Origin: an uncultured Planctomycetota bacterium
Lineage (GTDB): Bacteria; Planctomycetota; Planctomycetia; Isosphaerales; Isosphaeraceae
Reading direction: 5' to 3'
DNA length: 64,000 bases
Assembly: GCA_963845755.1 (NCBI GenBank)
Contig: CAWJTV010000005.1
Coordinates: 704,001-768,000, forward strand
The translations under genes were made by a program, and so were the position numbers. Within the stretch, counting starts at the first letter, position 1. Every line of letters starts with the position of its first letter. The notes beneath the pieces were generated by a model. It worked only from the letters and a program-made list of their open reading frames with translations. It ran no database searches and was not told the DNA's origin. Below, in pieces: positions 63,015-64,000 of this stretch.

Positions 63015-64000
63015 GACCGGCCACCTGAGCGTTGCGGCTTCTCGGAGAGGGGTGATCCTGACGCTGGTTTAGCAGCTCCGGGCAGCAACGGCTTGCCCAG
63101 CGCCGGCGGCGGAACCGACGATTTGCCCAGCACCGGAGGCGGGGCGAGCTTGCCGGACTTCCCCGGCCCCGCGGATGGCCTTGCGGATTTGGCGGACGAA
63201 GGCTGATGCGATTCGACCTGGGATGGCACAGGCTCGACGGGTTTGGGTCGTAACCCGGGCTTGGGCGACTCTGGGGTAGGCTCGGTCCCGGCCGGTGGAC
63301 CGAGTGTCGGCATGGAGACCCGATCCGCCTTCGCCAGCGTGCGCGGGCGGACCTGCTGTAGAGCGCCGACAACGACCCATTCATCCCCTTTGAGTCCCTG
63401 CTCGATCACGCGCAAACCGTCGTCCTGCGAGCGCCCGGTCGTGACCCGTTGGTACTGGACTTTGTTTTCAGTATCCAGCACGTAGACGTATTTCAATCCC
63501 TGGTCGGATGCCACGGCCCGATCGATGACCAGGTGAGCCGGGTGGGGTTCGCCGATCGGTAGACGGATGCGCACGAACATCCCGGGCGTGAGCAGACGTT
63601 GACCGCCTTTGGGGGCATGGTTGGGAAAGATTCCCCGCACCAGGATGCTGCCCGTCGTCGGGTTGACCTGGTTATTGATGAAGTTGATCGTCCCCTGATG
63701 CGGGAAGCCATCCTCACCCTGCAAGCCCATCAGGACGGGCATGTTCGCGCCGTCCTGGGTATACTTGATCCGCCCCTCGTTGCTCGCCCGACGGATCCGG
63801 AGCAGGGTGGGCTCGTCCATCTCGAAATAGGCATACATCGGGTTGACCGACACGATGGTGGTCAGCAGCGTCGTGTCCTGATTCACCAGGTTGCCCAAAG
63901 TGAGATAATAGCGGCTGATCTGGCCGTCAATCGGGGCGGTCACCAGAGTGAATTCCATGCTCAGCCTGTAGAGCTCCATGGCCATTTCGTTCGCCTTCAC
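63011..64000 (-). CDS. RND periplasmic adaptor (MFP), 5' end beyond window
   Basis: VTAPIDG, GNLV, VNPTTGSI, LTPGMFVR, GLKGDEWVVV; Pro/Lys-rich tail. Confidence 0.93.
   Translation of the reverse strand: MKANEMAMELYRLSMEFTLVTAPIDGQISRYYLTLGNLVNQDTTLLTTIVSVNPMYAYFEMDEPTLLRIRRASNEGRIKYTQDGANMPVLMGLQGEDGFPHQGTINFINNQVNPTTGSILVRGIFPNHAPKGGQRLLTPGMFVRIRLPIGEPHPAHLVIDRAVASDQGLKYVYVLDTENKVQYQRVTTGRSQDDGLRVIEQGLKGDEWVVVGALQQVRPRTLAKADRVSMPTLGPPAGTEPTPESPKPGLRPKPVEPVPSQVESHQPSSAKSARPSAGPGKSGKLAPPPVLGKSSVPPPALGKPLLPGAAKPASGSPLSEKPQRSGGRS

Overview
High-GC bacterial chromosome segment. Gene content and motifs (LEPR-like secretion motif, DUF1570, kinase-TPR, tig-clpP-clpP) suggest Planctomycetota, probably Isosphaeraceae; this is inferred, not searched. 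Contents in order: Tat-type Gfo/Idh/MocA oxidoreductase, secreted His/Ser/Thr-rich protein, NIPSNAP-MBL-ThuA fusion, permease plus aminotransferase, HEAT protein, FAD/Fe-S dehydrogenase, Ser/Thr kinase-UrtA sensor fusion with a bestrophin gene, a complete moxR-DUF58-bat operon, topoisomerase IB, a tRNA-Pro-anchored islet with an 88-bp tRNA-derived repeat array, DUF1570, a DSD1-family PLP enzyme, kinase-TPR, csrA, P-II, HTH-S24 regulator, FHA protein, tRNA-Gly, tig-clpP-clpP, Nudix, fabI, pxpBAC, a complete ISKra4-like IS and an MFP plus two-RND efflux operon. Roughly 20 single-base frameshifts, some in housekeeping genes, indicate an unpolished long-read consensus, so split genes are joined here rather than called pseudogenes. 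Best leads: (1) the tRNA-Pro repeat array and integrase-less islet; (2) recurrent GTCGAC to GTYRAC substitutions that may reveal a host methylation motif; (3) the kinase-UrtA/bestrophin pair; (4) two apparent pseudo-enzyme domains (MBL and S24). No CRISPR, prophage or rRNA was seen. Novelty cannot be confirmed without database searches.
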